Positions 19,853 to 31,897 of a stretch of DNA of 64,000 bases are shown here, piece by piece. The position numbers and the translations under genes were made by a program. The number at the start of each line of letters is the position of its first letter. Within the stretch, counting starts at the first letter, position 1. Source of the DNA: Candidatus Eiseniibacteriota bacterium. Lineage in GTDB: Bacteria; Eisenbacteria; RBG-16-71-46. The notes below the pieces were generated by a model. It did not search any database. It was not told the DNA's origin and worked only from the letters and a program-made list of their open reading frames with translations. The stretch is taken from positions 704,001 to 768,000 of the forward strand of contig CAVQXP010000004.1 in the NCBI GenBank assembly GCA_963717935.1, read 5' to 3'.

Positions 19853-20999
19853 ATGCCCGGGCTGCGCCCGTTCGTGCCCGTTCCGTCGCCCGCGACCGGT
19901 GCGTCCGCCCGGCGCCGCGCGCCGGCACTCCTTGCCCTGGTGTTCGTCGCGGCACTCGGAGCGACGCTTTCCGGCTGCAGCCGTCAGCCGCGCTTCGTGC
20001 CGGCCCCGGCGGACTCGTCGCTGGCCGTGGCGGGTGATTCGCTGGCCGAGCAGGTGCGCATCCTGAACAAGCGCTGGAGCGCCGCGGGCGGTGGCGAAGA
20101 GGCGTCGCGCCTGACCGCTCAGGTGCTGCTCCAGGACCTGAGCGCGCGCCTGACGGCCAAGCCACGGATCTCCTGGGAGGAGCGCGCCCGCGTGCTGCTC
20201 GACTCGCTGGACGTGGGCGCCGAGTTCGTGAGCGCGCGCTGCGCGCTGGGCGTCAACTTCTTCTCGCGCAGCAATCCCATCGCCGGCTCGTGGCCGTGGA
20301 TCTTCTGGTGCGACGGGACCGCGGTGCGGGCGCAGGCGGTCGAGGGCGTGGGGATGGGCCTGGTCGGCCTCGCCGCACGGGGCCTTTCCGGCGAGGTGGC
20401 CGACAGGGGCGACCCACCCGGGATCGCGGCGCTGTTCGCGCGCCGTGCCGGCGGCGGGCAGCAGCCGCTGCTCCTGACGTGGCGCGTCGCGAAGACGCGG
20501 CTCGATCTGGCGCAGACACTGGGGCCCGACTCGCTGGGTGGCGTCGGGACGGGCGCGTTCGAGACGCCGGGCGACACCGCGGCCGTGCTCCGGACCCGGA
20601 CCTGGCGGCCCACGCCGCGCTTCGACGAGTGTGCGACCTGTCCGCACGTCTACCGCGAACGTCGCTTCCGCTGGGGGCTCGAAGGCTTCGAGCGCGTCGA
20701 GGACGCCGTCGTCCCGACGCCCTACGTGACCTTCGTCCAGCTCGATCCAGGCGCTCACCACGGGTGACCGCGACACCGCCCTGGAGCTCGTGACGCGCCC
20801 GGCATTGGTGGAGTCCGCCCGCCGTGCGGACTGGGCCACCGTGACGGGCTCCTGGCGCGCCGCGCCCGGGAGCGAGGAGCGCGGCGACGAATTGGTCTTC
20901 TACCGCGGCGCGACCGAGGCCTGGAAGGTGCACTTCGAGCGTTACGGCGGCGGCTGGCGCGTGGACGCATTCGAGGCCACGACGCGCGTCATCGAATGA
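19853..20999 (+). CDS. Lipoprotein, paralog of the upstream gene (frameshift near 20745)
   Basis: Lipobox 'LSGC'; 'FDECATCP', 'PTPYVTFV'; C-terminus in ORF 20790-20999. Confidence 0.75.
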
Positions 21000-21034
21000 C
21001 CCGCCATCGCGCCCCGCGGTCCGCCGCGCGCTCG

Positions 21035-21064
21035 TAGACGCGGATCGCGTCCAGCGGCTATACT
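21035..21064 (+). promoter_or_regulatory. Sigma-70-type promoter for the helicase operon
   Basis: TAGACG-18 nt-TATACT. Confidence 0.45.
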
Positions 21065-21193
21065 GCGCCCGACCCGCAGGATGCACGCCCGCGCCCGGGC
21101 GTGGAGCCGTCCGTGCGGATCGCCGCGGCGTCCCCGAGCACGCCCACCGTCAGCGCCCGGACCGCACTGCGCGCGGCCCGCGAGGTCCGTCTC

Positions 21194-23652
21194 ATGCAAC
21201 CGCGTCCTGCCCGTTTCCTCGAGGGGCCGCCCTCAGGCGCCACCGGCGATTGGGCCGCGTGGGTCGAGGAGCTGACCCGAGTCCCCGAGAACCGCGGGGC
21301 GCTGGCGCACCTCGAGATCCTGCCGGCGCGTCCCGCGCGCTTCGGCGCGCTGTCGCGGCCGCTGCCCCCGCCGCTGGCCGAGGCGCTCTCCGCGCGCGGC
21401 ATCGAACGGCTCTACACGCACCAGGTGCAGGCCATCGAGGCGCTGCGCGGCGGGCTCGACACGGTGGTGGTGACCGGCACGGCGAGCGGCAAGAGCCTGT
21501 GCTACCACGTGCCGGTGATGGAGCGCCTGCTCGCGGAGCGGGGCGCGACCGCGCTCTACCTGTTCCCGACCAAGGCGCTCGCGCAGGACCAGTTCAAGAG
21601 CGTGGTGCGGTTCGCCTCGGGCCACCCGGACGTGCTGCAAGTCCGTCACCGCCGGGGTCTACGACGGCGACACGCAGCCGGCGACGCGCCGCCGGCTGCG
21701 CGACACGGCCAACCTCATCCTCTCGAACCCCGACATGCTGCACCAGGGCATCCTGCCCTACCACCCGAAGTGGGCACGCTTCCTGCGGAGCCTGCGCTAC
21801 GTGGTGGTGGACGAGATCCACGCCTACCGCGGCATCTTCGGTTCGCACGTGGCGAACGTCCTGCGGCGGCTCGAGCGCGTGGTGCGGCACGCGGGTGGCG
21901 AGTTCCGCGTGGTGATGTGCAGCGCGACCATCCGCAACCCGCGGAGCTGGCCGAGGCGCTGACCGGCCGCGCCATGACGGTGGTGGACGACGACGGCGCG
22001 CCGCGGGGCGAGAAGCATTTCGTCTTCTGGGACCCGCCCTACACCGACCTGACGCACGTCGAGCGGCGCTCCTCGAACGTCGAGGGTGCGGAATTGCTGC
22101 ACGAGCCTGCTCGAGCGCGGCGCGCAGGCGCTGGTCTTCACCAAGTCGCGCGTCTCGGCGGAGTTGGTCTACCGCTACGCCCGCGAGCGGCTCGAGCGGA
22201 TCAAGCCGGGACTGGGCGAGGCCATCCGGCCCTACCGCGGCGGCTACCTGCCGGAGGAGCGGCGCAGGATCGAGCAGGCGCTGTTCGCGGGCGAGTTGCG
22301 CGGCGTCGTCAGCACGAACGCGCTCGAGTTGGGCGTGGACATCGGCGGGCTCGACGCGGTGGTGATGATCGGCGCGCCACCGACGCTGGCGAGCCTCTGG
22401 CAGCAGGCGGGGCGCGCGGGGCGCCGCGCGGGCCGGGCTGCTGCCGAAGCACCCACCGGGGTCGCCGGGACCCGCCGAAGGTGGGTCCGGGTCCGGGTCC
22501 GGGGAGGGCGCGCCGGCGCTGGCGGTGCTGGTGGCCTACAACGAGACCGTGGACCAGTACCTGATGCGGCACCCGGAGTACTTCTTCGGCCGTTCGCCCG
22601 AGGCCGCGGTGGTGGACCCGCACAACCCGTACATCCTGGCGCAGCAACTCGCCTGCGCGGCGCTACGAACTGCCACTGACGCCGCGGGGACGAGGCGGTG
22701 TTCGGGCCGCAGACCGCGGGCGATCCTCGCGGCGCTCGAGGAGGCGGGGGAGACGCGCACGATCGATGGCCACACCTACTGGGCGAAGACGGACTTCCCG
22801 GCCGCGACCGTCAGCCTGCGCACCATCTCGGACAACACCTACACCATCATGGACGTGACCCGCGGGAACGCGGTGATCGGCACGGTGGACGCGATCAGCG
22901 CGCTGGAGCTGGTCTACCCCGAGGCGGTCTACCTGCACGAGGGCGAGACCTGGTTCGTGAAGCGGCTGGACCTCGAGCAGAAGACGGCGCTGGTCGAGCC
23001 GCGCGTGGTGGACTACTACACGCAGCCGGTGCTCGACACGAGCATCCGCGTGCGCGGCGAGCTGCAGGCGAAGACCTGGCGCGGGGAGCGCGCCGTGCTG
23101 GGCGAGCTGACCTACTCGTGGCAGACGGTGGCGATGAAGAAGGTCAAGTTCCACTCGCTCGACGCCATCGGCTACCATCCGCTCGACCTGCCGCGGCTCA
23201 CCCTCGAGACCACGGGCTTCTGGCTGGCGCCCGGCGAGGCCGCCTGGAACGCGGTCGCGCGCCGGGGCCTCAACCCGGTCGAGGGGCTGATGGGCGTGCG
23301 CAACCTGTTCATCACGCTGCTCGCGATGCTCAGCATGTGCGATCCGGCCGACCTGGGGGGCAAGATCGATTCGTCGAACCTCGGGCGCCCGGCGCTGTTC
23401 ATGTTCGACCGCTACCCCGGCAGGCTGGGTTTCTGCGAGCAGGGCTGGGCGCGTCTCGACGAACTGGCGCAGGCCGCGCTCGAGCACCTCGAGGCCTGCG
23501 AGTGCGAGGGCGGCTGCCCGGCCTGCGTCGGGCTGCCGACCCTATGGCCCGCGCAGCAGCAGGATCCGGATCTGCAGAAGGGCCGCGAGATCCCGGGCAA
23601 GGAGGCGGCGCGCACGCTGCTCCGTCACTGGCGAGGAGAAGAGGACCGATGA
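21194..23652 (+). CDS. DEAD/DEAH helicase with DUF1998 Zn domain (MrfA/YprA/SftH/Hrq1 family); multiple frameshifts
   Basis: 'LYTHQ', 'GTASGKS', 'PTKALAQDQ', 'DEIH', 'SAT', 'ALELGVDIG', 'QQAGRAGR', C-terminal '[10 protein letters not shown]'. Confidence 0.92.
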
Positions 23653-24413
23653 ACTCCCACGAATGGCCGGTCGCGTTCTTCGACGACGACTACCTGCGCA
23701 TCTACCGCGCCATGATCTCGCCCGAGATGACCGCGAGCGAAGTGGACTTCCTCGAGGCGGCGATGGCTCTGCCCGCAGGCGGCGAGGTGCTGGACGTGGC
23801 CTGCGGCTACGGGCGGCACGCCATCGGGCTGGCACGGCGCGGCTACCGGGTGACGGGCGTGGACTTCAACCCGCACTACCTCGCGGCGGCGGCAGGACGA
23901 CGCGACCGCCGTCGGGGCCACGGTGCGCTGGGTGGCGGCCGACATGCGTGCGCTGCCTTTCGAGCGCGCCTTCGACGGCGCCTACTCGTACTTCACCTCG
24001 TTCGGCTACTTCTCGGACGAGGAGAACGAACGAGTGCTGGCGGGGTGGCGCGCGCGCTCGGCCCGGCGGGCGGTTCCTGCTCGATGTGCTGAATCGCGAC
24101 TGGATCCTCACCCACCCGCAGCAGCGGGTCTGGAACCCGCTCGAGGACGGCTCGCTGCTGATGGAGGAGACCTCGCTGGAACTGCGGCGCTCGCTGGTGA
24201 TGAATCGCCAGATCCACGTCGCGCCGCAGAGCGGAGCGCAGATCACCAAGGAGTTCACGCTGCGCGCCTACACCTGCGCCGAGCTGGAATCGCTCTGCAC
24301 GCGCCACGGGCTCGTGGTGCGCGAGGTCTGGGGCGGGGCCGACCGCAGCGAGTACACGACCGAGAGCCGCCGGCTGATCCTGCTGGCCGAGCGCGGGCGA
24401 TCGCGATGGCTGA
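23649..24413 (+). CDS. Class I SAM-dependent methyltransferase (frameshifts near 23890 and 24045; 3' end uncertain)
   Basis: 'VLDVACGYGRH', 'VTGVD', 'ADMRAL', 'FTSFGYF', 'GGRFLLD'. Confidence 0.85.
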
Positions 24414-25432
24414 TCCCGGGCCCGCTGCGTGCGCGGCTCGGCGAGCTGGCGCGCGCGCGGAAGGCACGCATGGGCGTCGATCCAGCGCCGCAGACCGGAG
24501 ATCCTGCAGGGGCGGCGGGGCTTGCACGGACCGGAAGGCGGCCAGGTGCGGACACGCTCGCCTTCCGATCCGTGTCTGCGCCCCGCCGCGGAGATGATCT
24601 GGCGGGTGCCCCGTCCGTGTCCGGGTCCCGCGGAGTGCCACCGGGCTTCTCCGCGCCGGCCGTGGGCGTCGAGGAGTTCCTGCCCGGCGGCGAGTGGCGC
24701 GACAGCCCCGACTTCACCGGCCGGCAGGGCGCCGTCTACGTGCACGAGCGGCTGCGCTCCGGGATCGAGAAGCGGAAGCCCCACTGGGGCCGCATCGAAG
24801 CGCCGCCGCCGCACGAGCCGGCGCTGGTCGCGCTGGCGGCGCGCGGGCTCGAGCACGCGCTGTTCCTCGACCTCGAGACCTGCGGGCTCGCTTCGAGCAC
24901 GGTCTTCCTGGCCGGCACCATGCACTGGAACGGCGAGGACTTCGTGCTGCGGCAGTACTTCGCGCGCCACTACGGCGAGGAGGGGCCGCTCCTGCGGGCG
25001 CTCAACGAGTCCATGGCCGGCTTCGAGCACCTGGTGACCTTCAACGGCAGGACCTTCGACGTGCCCTTCCTGCGGGAGCGCGCCGTGGTGCACGGCGTGC
25101 GGCTCGCGCTTCCGCCGCACCACCTCGACCTGCTCCACGCCGCGCGTCGGCGCTGGCGGGGCGAGTTCGCCGACTGCCGCCTGAAGACCCTCGAGAGCCG
25201 GGTCTGCCGGCGCCATCGGGTGGGAGACGTGCCCGGCGAGGAGATCCCGGGTCTCTACCACGACTACGTGAAGCACGGCGACCCGTACCGGCTCGTGCCG
25301 GTGTTCCACCACAACCTGCTCGACGTCATCACCATGAGCGACATCCTGCGCGCCCTGTGTCGCCCGGCGCGTGTGGCGACTGCGCCCGGGTCCGGGTCCT
25401 GCGGGCCGAAGGGCGGGCGTGCCCGCCCTTAG
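24406..25432 (+). CDS. RNase H-like DEDD exonuclease (MrfB/YprB-like); start uncertain
   Basis: 'LFLDLETCGL', 'VTFNGRTFDVPF', 'HLDLL', 'HNLLDV'; lies downstream of the MrfA-like helicase. Confidence 0.87.
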
Positions 25433-25524
25433 CCGCCCGCCCGCCCCCTGCGCCCGTCCGTCCGCCTCGCTCGGCAAGGATCCACCGGGTCCGCCCCGCC
25501 TGCTTCGTGCCGGTCCCCAGGCCG

Positions 25525-25554
25525 TTGACACCCATCTTTTTGCCCTCCTATACT
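25525..25554 (+). promoter_or_regulatory. Near-consensus sigma-70 promoter
   Basis: TTGACA-18 nt-TATACT, about 190 nt upstream of the ATG at 25745. Confidence 0.7.
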
Positions 25555-25744
25555 CGTGCTGCAGTTCCTGAGTGGGCCGACCAGTCGAGCGTGGTTCGTC
25601 CGTGAATCTTCTGTCCCAGGTGAGTGCCCAGTCCTCGTTCCGGGTGGTTCGCCTCGCCCAGTCCATCGCCCTGGCGGGCGCTTGCCTGCCGGGGCATCCG
25701 TGTCTCTGTACCGTCCCGCTCCCTCGGAGGCTCCGCTCCGCGCC

Positions 25745-26386
25745 ATGACGAACGGCGAAGATCAGTCGATCAAGTGTGTGGATTGTGGCGAGCAATTCCT
25801 CTTCACGGCTGGCGAGCAGGCGTTCTACGCCGCCAAGGGACTGACGAACGCTCCCACGCGCTGCAAGGCGTGCCGCGAGGCGCGCAAACAGCAGCGTGCG
25901 GAAACGCCGCACGCGCCACGTGGCAGGGGCGGGCCCGCGGGGGGCGGGCCGCGCGAGATGCACACCGTGGTCTGCGCGGACTGCGGTGCCGAGACGCAGG
26001 TGCCCTTCCTGCCGGTCGCGAGCCGGCCGGTCTACTGCAAGAACTGCTACGAGTCGCACCGGCCCGGGCGTGCTGCGGGCGCGCGCCCGGCGCGCGGCCC
26101 GCACGCCGGGCCGCCGGCGGGCGCGCCGCACGGAGCCCGTGCGGGCCGTTCGTCCGCGCCGATCCCGGTGGAAGGTGGGGTGCACGCCCGTGGCCAGGTG
26201 AAGTCGTTCCACGAGGCCAAGGGGTTCGGCTTCATCCTCGATGAATCCGGCGAAGAGGTGTTCGTGCACTTCTCGGCTATCCTGGGCGAGGGTTTCCGAA
26301 GTCTCCGGGAGGGCGAGAAGGTCGAATTCGACGTGGTGATGGGTCCGAAGGGGAAACAGGCCGCCAACGTCGTGCGCATCGAATAG
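25745..26386 (+). CDS. Zinc-ribbon + CxxC-x17-CxxC + cold-shock domain fusion
   Basis: '[18 protein letters not shown]...RCKAC'; 'CADC...PVYCKNCY'; RNP1 'KGFGFI', RNP2 'VFVHFS'. Confidence 0.92.
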   Translation: MTNGEDQSIKCVDCGEQFLFTAGEQAFYAAKGLTNAPTRCKACREARKQQRAETPHAPRGRGGPAGGGPREMHTVVCADCGAETQVPFLPVASRPVYCKNCYESHRPGRAAGARPARGPHAGPPAGAPHGARAGRSSAPIPVEGGVHARGQVKSFHEAKGFGFILDESGEEVFVHFSAILGEGFRSLREGEKVEFDVVMGPKGKQAANVVRIE

Positions 26387-26404
26387 GCCCGGCAGGGCCG
26401 AAGG

Positions 26405-26439
26405 GGAAGGCCTCTGCGCCCGGGGCGCGGAGGCCTTCC
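26405..26439 (+). terminator. Terminator-like hairpin
   Basis: 16-bp stem GGAAGGCCTCTGCGCC/GGCGCGGAGGCCTTCC (one G-U) just after the stop; no U-tract. Confidence 0.5.
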
Positions 26440-26447
26440 GTCAAGAG

Positions 26448-28097
26448 GTGGGACGCGACCGCATGCTCGAGACCGTCAAGACCTTCACCGCGCTGAGCGA
26501 GGAGTTCGTGGAGGAGAGCCTGCGCCTGTGGCCGGTCGAGGCCACGGCGGCCGGCATCCACGACTACGACCACAGGCTGCCCGACGACACGGCGGAAGGC
26601 TTCCACGCGCGCGGCGCGTGGCTGCGCGACCTCGAGCAACGGCTCGCGGCCTCGGTGACCTGGGAGGAGTTGCCCACCGAACAGCGCGTGGACTACGCCC
26701 TGCTGCGCTCGCGCATCAGCGTGCTGCGCGCCGAATTCGAGGAGATCCGCGCCCACGCCCGCGATCCCGTTGCCTGCCTGCGCACGGCGCTCGACGGGGT
26801 GACGCTGCTGGTGACGCGTCCCTTCGCTCCGTTCGAAGAACGCAGGGAGGCGATCATCGGGCGCCTGATGGCGATCCCGGAGTACCTGGCCGCGGCGGGT
26901 GCGAGCCTCGGGCAGGTGCCCGGGGTCTGGGTGGAGCTGGCCCTGGAGGTCGCCGACGGGGGCCCGCCGTTCGTCAACGAAGTCGCGCACGCCCTGCTGC
27001 GTGCCTTTCCGACCGATGCCGAGCGCATCGAGCACGCGAGCGTGCGCGCCAGTGCGGGCTTCGCCGCCTTCCGGGAGACGCTCGAGCGCGACCTCGGCCC
27101 GCGTGCGGGCGGGGACTTCGCCCTGGGCGGGCGCTGGCTGGACTTCCGGCTCGAGCGCGAGCACCTGCTGCCGCTGAAGAACGAGGCGCTCGAGGAGCTC
27201 GGGCGCGAGCACGTGGCGCGTCTGCGGCGACTGCTGGAGAACGAGGCGCGGCGGCTCGACCCGCACCGTCCCTGGCGCGAGCAGATCGCGGAGATCCGCT
27301 GGCCGGAGGGGCCCCGCGCGCAGTGCGCGGCGCTCGGGGCCGAGCTCGAGCGAGCGCATCGTTTCGTCGTGGAGCGGCGGCTCGCGCCCCTGCCCGAGGT
27401 CCCGCTGGCGGTCGCGGAGGGGAGGACCTGGCAGCGCCCGCTCCACGCGGGGGTGGCCTACCTGCCGCCCGCGCCATTCGACCTCGATCCGGCGGGCATG
27501 TTGTTCGTGCCCGCGGGGGAAGGCGCGCGATGGTCCCCGACGCGGGCGGAACCGCCCGCGCGCACAGGGCCCGCGCTGGCCGCGGTGCGCCAGGGCTGGC
27601 CGGGGCTCCATCTGCAAGCGTCGCTCGCGATCCACTGCGGCTCGCGTCTGCGCCGGCTCGCGGCCAACCGCGTGTTCGCCGAAGGCTGGGCGCTCTACGC
27701 CGAGGAGTTGATGGCGGAGGAGGACTTCTGCACCTCGCCCGCCGACCGGCTCGGGCTCATCCTCGACCTGCTCGCGGGCGCCGGCTGCGCGGTCGCGGAC
27801 GCGGGCCTGCACGGCGGGCGCATGAGCCTCGTCGCCGCGGCCGGCTACCTCGCCGACGAGGCGCTGCTCGGGCGCGCCGAGGCGCTCGCCGAGGCGAAGC
27901 GACTGACCCTCGCGCCCGCGCAGGCCCTGGGCGGGCTCGTGGGCCGGCTGCAGATCCTCGAGCTGCGCGAAGAGGCGAAACGGCGCCTGGGCGCACGCTA
28001 CGATCGACTCGACTTCCATGCGGCCCTGCTCGCGGGGGGCACGCTGCCGCTCGCGCTGATCGGGGAGGAACTGTGGGAGCGGCTGGGGGTGGGCTGA
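26448..28097 (+). CDS. DUF885-family protein
   Basis: 'EATAAGIHDYDHRLPD', 'PGLHLQ', 'EGWALYAEE', 'FHAALLAGGTLPL'. Confidence 0.85.
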   Translation: MGRDRMLETVKTFTALSEEFVEESLRLWPVEATAAGIHDYDHRLPDDTAEGFHARGAWLRDLEQRLAASVTWEELPTEQRVDYALLRSRISVLRAEFEEIRAHARDPVACLRTALDGVTLLVTRPFAPFEERREAIIGRLMAIPEYLAAAGASLGQVPGVWVELALEVADGGPPFVNEVAHALLRAFPTDAERIEHASVRASAGFAAFRETLERDLGPRAGGDFALGGRWLDFRLEREHLLPLKNEALEELGREHVARLRRLLENEARRLDPHRPWREQIAEIRWPEGPRAQCAALGAELERAHRFVVERRLAPLPEVPLAVAEGRTWQRPLHAGVAYLPPAPFDLDPAGMLFVPAGEGARWSPTRAEPPARTGPALAAVRQGWPGLHLQASLAIHCGSRLRRLAANRVFAEGWALYAEELMAEEDFCTSPADRLGLILDLLAGAGCAVADAGLHGGRMSLVAAAGYLADEALLGRAEALAEAKRLTLAPAQALGGLVGRLQILELREEAKRRLGARYDRLDFHAALLAGGTLPLALIGEELWERLGVG

Positions 28098-28163
28098 CGC
28101 ACAACCGTCGAGGCGTCCGGCTGCGCCACCCCGCCCTCACACGCCTTCGGAACTCGTCCGCGG

Positions 28164-28337
28164 GCGGCGGGGCGCAGACACGGGGCTCGCAGCGGGGGTC
28201 CCGGCCCCGGCCGACGCAGGATGCGGCGGCCGGGGAATTGCCGGGGAGCGAGCACCGCCAGGGAAAGCCCGCGCAGCGCGCGGGCGCTGGCGGAGCGGAG
28301 CGTCCCCGCGAAGGGCCCCGCGTCTGCGCCCCGCCGC
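28164..28337. repeat. Long inverted repeat enclosing two internal hairpins
   Basis: Arms 28164-28188 and 28313-28337 are reverse complements at 23 of 25 positions. Confidence 0.7.
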
Positions 28338-28360
28338 AGGTTCGATCGGGGGGGCATGAC

Positions 28361-28392
28361 GAAGGGGCGGAGCCGTCAGGCTCCGCCCCTTC
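28361..28392 (-). terminator. Hairpin terminator after the fadL-like gene
   Basis: Perfect 14-bp stem GAAGGGGCGGAGCC/GGCTCCGCCCCTTC with a 4-nt loop. Confidence 0.65.
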
Positions 28393-28407
28393 GGACACCC
28401 GGGGCTG

Positions 28408-29719
28408 CTACCAGTGGTACCCGACGCCGATGCCCACCGCGTTGACGAAGGTCTTGTACTCACCCGTGAACGTGTCGAGCGGGGACGGCAAGTCCGGCTC
28501 GAGCGCCACGCCGACGCGGGGCCGCGCGAAGATGGCGAGTTCGTAGACGTCCACCGTCCAGCGCTTGTCGGTCCCGAGACGCGCAGCCCAGGCCCAGCGT
28601 CAGGCCGTGGCGGTCGGCGTCCGGCAGCAGGGGCGTGACCGCGTTGACCGGCGCGGGCGACTTGTCGAAGTAGTAGCCGGCACGGTAGGCCAGGCAGCCG
28701 CGCCGGTACTCGGCCCCGGTGCGGGCCTGCCACGCGTTGCCGTAGTCCTCGATCTTGCGCTTGTCCGGCGTCAGAGCGCTCTCGAAGTCGATCGGCAGGT
28801 CGTTGAAGACCTTCCACTCGTGCACGTTGAAGTCCGCCTCGACCGTCCACGCGGGCTTCGGGTTCCACGCCGCTCCGACCGACCACATGGCGGGGAAGCG
28901 CAGCACCGTGCTGACGCCCTGGTCCTTCAATACCGCGGCCAACTGCTGCGTCCAGCAGCGAGATGCCCGTCGCGATGCTGGTGAAGTCGGCCGTGCCGTC
29001 GTCTATGTGCACCACGACCTTGCTGCGGTAGTAGGCGCCCAGCTTCCACTCGGACGTCGGCGTGAACAGCACGGCCGCGTTCCATCCCGGGGCGGGAGTG
29101 AAGTCCGACGTGAGGTCCACGTCCGCCACGTGTTCCGTGCCGAGGCCGTAAGCGCTCAGGTCCCGGTAGGCCTGGTTCTTGAGCCCCACCTTGGCCCACA
29201 TCACGTCGCCACCGGCCGCGAAGCTCCACTTCTCGTTGGGCGCATAGGCCAGGCAGAGGCTGGCGTTGAGCCCCTGCAGGTCCGCCTTGGTGACGAGATA
29301 GCTGCCCGCGAAGGTCTCCGGGTCCCACTCGACGCCCAGGCCGAAAGGCGAGTTGATCCCGATGCCGACGGCCCAGCGCTTCGCCCAGCTGCGCGAGGCG
29401 TAGACCGTGGGCGGGTAGAAGGTCTGCCGGACCATGTCCGCCGAGCCGTCGGCGCCGGGGTAGGGGGCCTGGCCCGTGAACTCCGTGACGGGCTGCAGCG
29501 CGGTGCCGCCCACGTAGATCCAGGTCCCCTCGAGTCGGGTCATCGCGGCGGGGTTGAAGAACACCGCCGAGGCGTCGTTCACCGAAGCGGTGGCGGCGCC
29601 GGCCATCCCGAGGGCGGCGGCGCCCTGCTCGTAGATGCTGTATCCGGCCGCGTGGGCCAGCGTGGGGAGCAGGACGGCCACGAGCATCGCGGCGGCCAGC
29701 AGGGTCCGGATCGTTTCAT
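28408..29719 (-). CDS. fadL: FadL/OmpP1 long-chain fatty-acid outer-membrane transporter (frameshifts near 29710, 28945, 28580)
   Basis: Signal peptide, 'AGYSIYEQGAAALGMAGA', 'FFNPAAM', 'SPFGL', 'LPDADR', C-terminal 'GVGYHW*'. Confidence 0.88.
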
Positions 29720-29723
29720 CGGG

Positions 29724-31562
<1,839 letters not shown>

Positions 31563-31897
31563 GCCGTGAACCTCAGGCCTTCCAGTGTCCGGAGTCCGGC
31601 CCCGGCACCCGGAGCCCTGTCGCAAGCGAAGCCCGGCACCGAGCCGGGCGTTCGGGAACGGTTAGCCTACTCATGACGTTCCCACAAGCACAAAGTGAGG
31701 AGCCCCGCGCTGGTCCAGGCTGGCCCCTCGTCCGTTGACATGTTCGGGGCCCTGCGGGAGAGTCGCTCCTCGAGTCCGGAGTTCCCGCCGCAACCGGGTC
31801 CGCCGGGGTGACCGCACCCGCGTCTGCCGGGTGCCCCGGGGGTGTCCCGGGGTGTGCGGGCGCCCAGCGGCACCCTCGCAGTGCCATGGAGGCCTTC

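Noticed and set aside
18461..20767. Single 768-aa protein with internal duplication
   Set aside because: An internal lipoprotein signal and a separate C-terminus ending at 19850 indicate two genes joined by an indel
22430..22510. Insertion with (GGGTCC)3 after helicase motif VI as an intein or mobile element
   Set aside because: Only about 80 bp encoding a Gly/Ser loop; no splice motifs or terminal repeats
21194..25432. DISARM/Druantia-type defence system based on DUF1998 plus methyltransferase
   Set aside because: Helicase and DUF1998 are in one MrfA-type protein, the methyltransferase lacks DNA-MTase motifs (DPPY/NPPY/PCQ), and no other defence genes are nearby
28255..28280. RNase P or SRP-like 'CAGGGGAAAGCCC'
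   Set aside because: The element is too short for RNase P and lacks its 3' consensus; the SRP helix-8 pattern does not match
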